Shown here one piece after another: positions 35,358-37,589 of a stretch of DNA of 37,589 bases. This DNA is from Actinomycetota bacterium. Lineage in GTDB: Bacteria; Actinomycetota; Acidimicrobiia; Acidimicrobiales; Ilumatobacteraceae. Positions within the stretch are counted from its first letter, which is position 1; each line of letters begins with the position of its first letter. The position numbers were made by a program, and so were the translations under genes. The stretch lies in NCBI GenBank assembly GCA_038529675.1, contig JBCBDK010000001.1:1-37589 (forward strand). The letters run 5' to 3'. The notes below the pieces were generated by a model. That model ran no database searches. It was not told the DNA's origin and saw only the letters and a program-made list of their open reading frames with translations.

Positions 35358-36536
35358 ATGAGCGAGCTCATGCAGCGAGCCGACGCCCTCGACGCCGACG
35401 ATCCGCTGGCTTCGTGGCTCGACGAGTTCGTCGTGCCCGATCCGGACCTCGTCTACCTCGACGGCAACTCGCTCGGGCGAACACCGCGGCGAACGATCGA
35501 GGCGCTCGCCGAGGTGGTCGAACATCAGTGGGCGGGCGTGCTGATCGAGTCGTGGTGGGAGCACGACTGGCTCGACCTCCCACTGATCGTCGGTGACGAA
35601 CTCGCACCGCTGATCGGCGCACGAGCGGGCGAGGTCGTCGTCCACGAGTCGACGACCGTCTGTCTGTTCCAACTCGTCAACGTCGCGCTCGACCTGCGTG
35701 ACGACCGGTCCGCGCCGGCCGTGATCGCCGTGGACGACACGGAGTTCCCCACCGACCGTTACGTCGTGGAGGGCATCGCGCGGCTCCGATCGCGCAGCGA
35801 CAGCCATGTGATCGTGCGGGCGGGCACCGACGATCTCGATGGTGTCGACGTCGTCGTCCGATCACTCGTCGACTACCGCAGCGCCGTCGTCGCCGACATC
35901 GAGGCCGAGACCGAGCGGGCTCGCCGCCACGGCGCCCGCGTCGTCTGGGATTTGTCCCACGCAGCCGGCGTCCTCCCCGTCCACCTCGACGCCACGGGTG
36001 CGGAACTCGCCGCCGGCTGCACCTACAAGTTCCTCAACGGCGGGCCGGGCGCACCAGCGTTCAGCTACGTCCGCCACGAGTTGCACGACCAGCTGACATC
36101 ACCGATCCAGGGATGGTTCGGACAAGCCGACCAGTTCCGTATGGACGACGCGTGGGCCCCGCGCGCCGGCATCGCCCGGCTCCTCAACGGCACACCGCCG
36201 GTGCTCGCCCTCGCCGCCGCACGAGCCGGCATCTCGGTCACCGCCGACGCCGGCATCCACGCGATCGCTGCGAAGGCCCGCTCGCTGGCAACGCTCGCGA
36301 TCGACGTCGCGGGCGAGCTGGGTCTGTCGTGCGACACCGAGCCGCCACCTCGCACCAGCGGCGGCCACGTCGTCGTTCGCCACGCCGAGGCGAAGCGTCT
36401 CCAACCGGCGCTCGCCGAACGCGGTGTCGTGCTGGACGAGCGCGAGCCCGACGTGCTCCGACTCGGGTTGAGCCCGCTGACGACCCGTCACCGTGACGTG
36501 GTCAGGGCGTTGTCGACGCTCGCAGACCTCGTGTGA
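35358..36536 (+). CDS. kynU: Kynureninase
   Basis: YLDGNSLG, EFPTDRY, WDLSHAAG, GCTYKFLNGGPGAP (PLP Lys), GWFG. Start is ATG 35358 or 35349. Confidence 0.9.
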   Translation: MSELMQRADALDADDPLASWLDEFVVPDPDLVYLDGNSLGRTPRRTIEALAEVVEHQWAGVLIESWWEHDWLDLPLIVGDELAPLIGARAGEVVVHESTTVCLFQLVNVALDLRDDRSAPAVIAVDDTEFPTDRYVVEGIARLRSRSDSHVIVRAGTDDLDGVDVVVRSLVDYRSAVVADIEAETERARRHGARVVWDLSHAAGVLPVHLDATGAELAAGCTYKFLNGGPGAPAFSYVRHELHDQLTSPIQGWFGQADQFRMDDAWAPRAGIARLLNGTPPVLALAAARAGISVTADAGIHAIAAKARSLATLAIDVAGELGLSCDTEPPPRTSGGHVVVRHAEAKRLQPALAERGVVLDEREPDVLRLGLSPLTTRHRDVVRALSTLADLV

Positions 36537-36557
36537 CGGTGGATCCGAGGTGGCGCG

Positions 36558-36905
36558 TCAACCGCCCTTGACGACGTGCTCGACGACGTCGAACGACATC
36601 AGCGCCGCGTCCTGCGCGACCGGGCGGCGGGCCTGTCCTCCGTCGCCATCATCGTTGCCGTCGGCCTGACCCGAGGCATGCCCGCGCTCGAAGTCCTGGC
36701 TCGACATCCAGTGCTGGAACGCCTCCTCCGAGGCCCACCTCGTGTAGACGAAGTACCGGGACTCACCCTCGGTCGGGCGCAGGAGCTGGAAGTCCTCGAA
36801 CCCGTCGAACTGCTCGACCATCTTCGCTCGACCCGCGAATCGAGCCTCGAGCTGGTCGCCCATCCCCTCGGGGATGGTGATGGCGTTGATCTTCACGATG
36901 CTCAT
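36558..36905 (-). CDS. mhuD: ABM-family heme-degrading monooxygenase, MhuD/IsdG-like
   Basis: MSIVKINAI... closely resembles mycobacterial MhuD, with Asn7, Arg26, Trp66 and His76 at the equivalent positions. CAGACT 6 nt before ATG 36905. Confidence 0.75.
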   Translation of the reverse strand: MSIVKINAITIPEGMGDQLEARFAGRAKMVEQFDGFEDFQLLRPTEGESRYFVYTRWASEEAFQHWMSSQDFERGHASGQADGNDDGDGGQARRPVAQDAALMSFDVVEHVVKGG

Positions 36906-37041
36906 CCACGCAGTCTGGACCTGCGCGGCGATCGTGCCCACACCGACCTCGCTCGACGCGAGAAGCTGCCATCGCGACCGGCACTTCCGTTGATTCAGCA
37001 AGAATCTCTCCGTGCGGGTAGCACCACGCTACGTGGTCAGG

Positions 37042-37047
37042 TACGGT
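37042..37047 (+). promoter_or_regulatory. Candidate sigma-A -10 element of the structured RNA
   Basis: TACGGT 6 nt upstream of the first hairpin. The palindrome ACCACG-CTA-CGTGGT lies at 37023-37037. Confidence 0.5.
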
Positions 37048-37053
37048 AGGTGT

Positions 37054-37400
37054 TGGGCGACGGCGGACAAGACCGCTCGCCCAGGGTGGAACGAAATGAG
37101 GGCGACAAACGGGGGGACGACTGGCGACGTATCAGGGCGCACCGCTTCACGTCACGTGGCATCAACTGCAGCGCAGTCAACGGCGCCACGGCGGGGTGCC
37201 GGTTCCCACGGACCGAAGCTCGACCACGCTACCCGACCGTTCCTAGATCTCCCGGCCACTGCGCCGGGGCTGTTCGGCGAATCGAAGAACGTGCCGTATC
37301 CGCCGACGGCACACGACCCGAGCGACCACGCCAGTCGTCTCCGAGGTCCTTCGATCCGCTGACGCCGTGCTCGGCCCCTTCCGCCGGGGTCGAGCACGGC
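37054..37400 (+). ncRNA. Candidate large structured non-coding RNA (~350 nt; Ms1/6S-like overall architecture, family unassigned)
   Basis: 5' hairpin 37054-37083; 14-bp long-range stem 37113-37126 with 37329-37342; at least four internal hairpins; 15-bp 3' hairpin 37364-37400. Mismatches resolve as G:U on the + strand. No credible ORF. Confidence 0.6.
37364..37400 (+). terminator. Strong terminator-like hairpin
   Basis: GCCGTGCTCGGCCCC-TTCCGCC-GGGGTCGAGCACGGC (15 bp, one G:U), followed by ACATT with no long U-tract. Confidence 0.6.
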
Positions 37401-37505
37401 ACATTCGCCACGTGCCCGACGCTGGCCGACGCGCGAGCGGAGGTTGCGCAGGTGGGCGCCGGATCACCCTCGCCTGCTTCCCACCAGCGATAGCCTCAGG
37501 TCCCC

Positions 37506-37589
37506 GTGGGTCTCATCGTCCAGAAGTACGGCGGCACGTCGGTGGCCGACCCCGACCGCATCAAGGCAGTGGCGGACAACGTCGCCATC
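37506..37589 (+). CDS. ask: Aspartate kinase, N-terminus (partial)
   Basis: GTG start; MGLIVQKYGGTSVADPDRIKAVADNVAI is the aspartokinase signature; TAGCCT at 37491-37496. Confidence 0.93.
   Translation, partial: MGLIVQKYGGTSVADPDRIKAVADNVAI

Noticed and set aside
37054-37400. tmRNA, RNase P RNA, SRP RNA, T-box, cobalamin or lysine riboswitch as the identity of the structured element
   Set aside because: Their hallmark sequences (tRNA-like ends, GAGGAAAGUCC, SRP domain IV loop, T-box and B12 boxes, lysine aptamer core) were not recognised by eye on either strand; a covariance-model search is still needed.
37012-37493. ORFs 37012..37362, 37050..37493 and the minus-strand ORFs in the last intergenic region
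   Set aside because: Atypical codon usage and no motifs; the dense base-pairing is better explained by an RNA.

Overview
High-GC (~70%) chromosomal segment, most likely from an actinobacterium of the Acidimicrobiia/Ilumatobacter type. This is inferred from the F420-type LLM enzyme, the Zn-free TopA with a Lys/Ala tail, the MhuD-like and WXG100 proteins, and widespread leaderless genes. The window is mostly core/metabolic: ilvA, rsgA, topA-tmk-holB-map, coaA, kynU, the start of ask/lysC, two acyl-CoA dehydrogenases, two TetR regulators, GH38, M20, SDR, CoA-transferase and a LigD-type ligase. No rRNA, tRNA, CRISPR, transposase, integrase or phage genes were seen. The strongest unexplained signal is a ~350-nt non-coding element at ~37054-37400 (+), between the mhuD-like gene and ask. 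It has its own -10 box, a 5' hairpin, a long-range closing stem around a multi-hairpin core, and a 3' 15-bp hairpin, making it a candidate large structured ncRNA (Ms1/6S-like architecture, or new). Other points of interest: an orphan WXG100 gene with a repeat-rich upstream region, an orphan M.TaqI-like methyltransferase in TCGA-rich DNA, a Zn-module-less HolB, a SEC-C-fused MetAP, a stand-alone cytochrome c lipoprotein, a large secreted protein missed by the ORF track, REP-like twin hairpins, and repeated duplication of gene 3' ends. All product calls come from motif recognition by eye; no database search was run.
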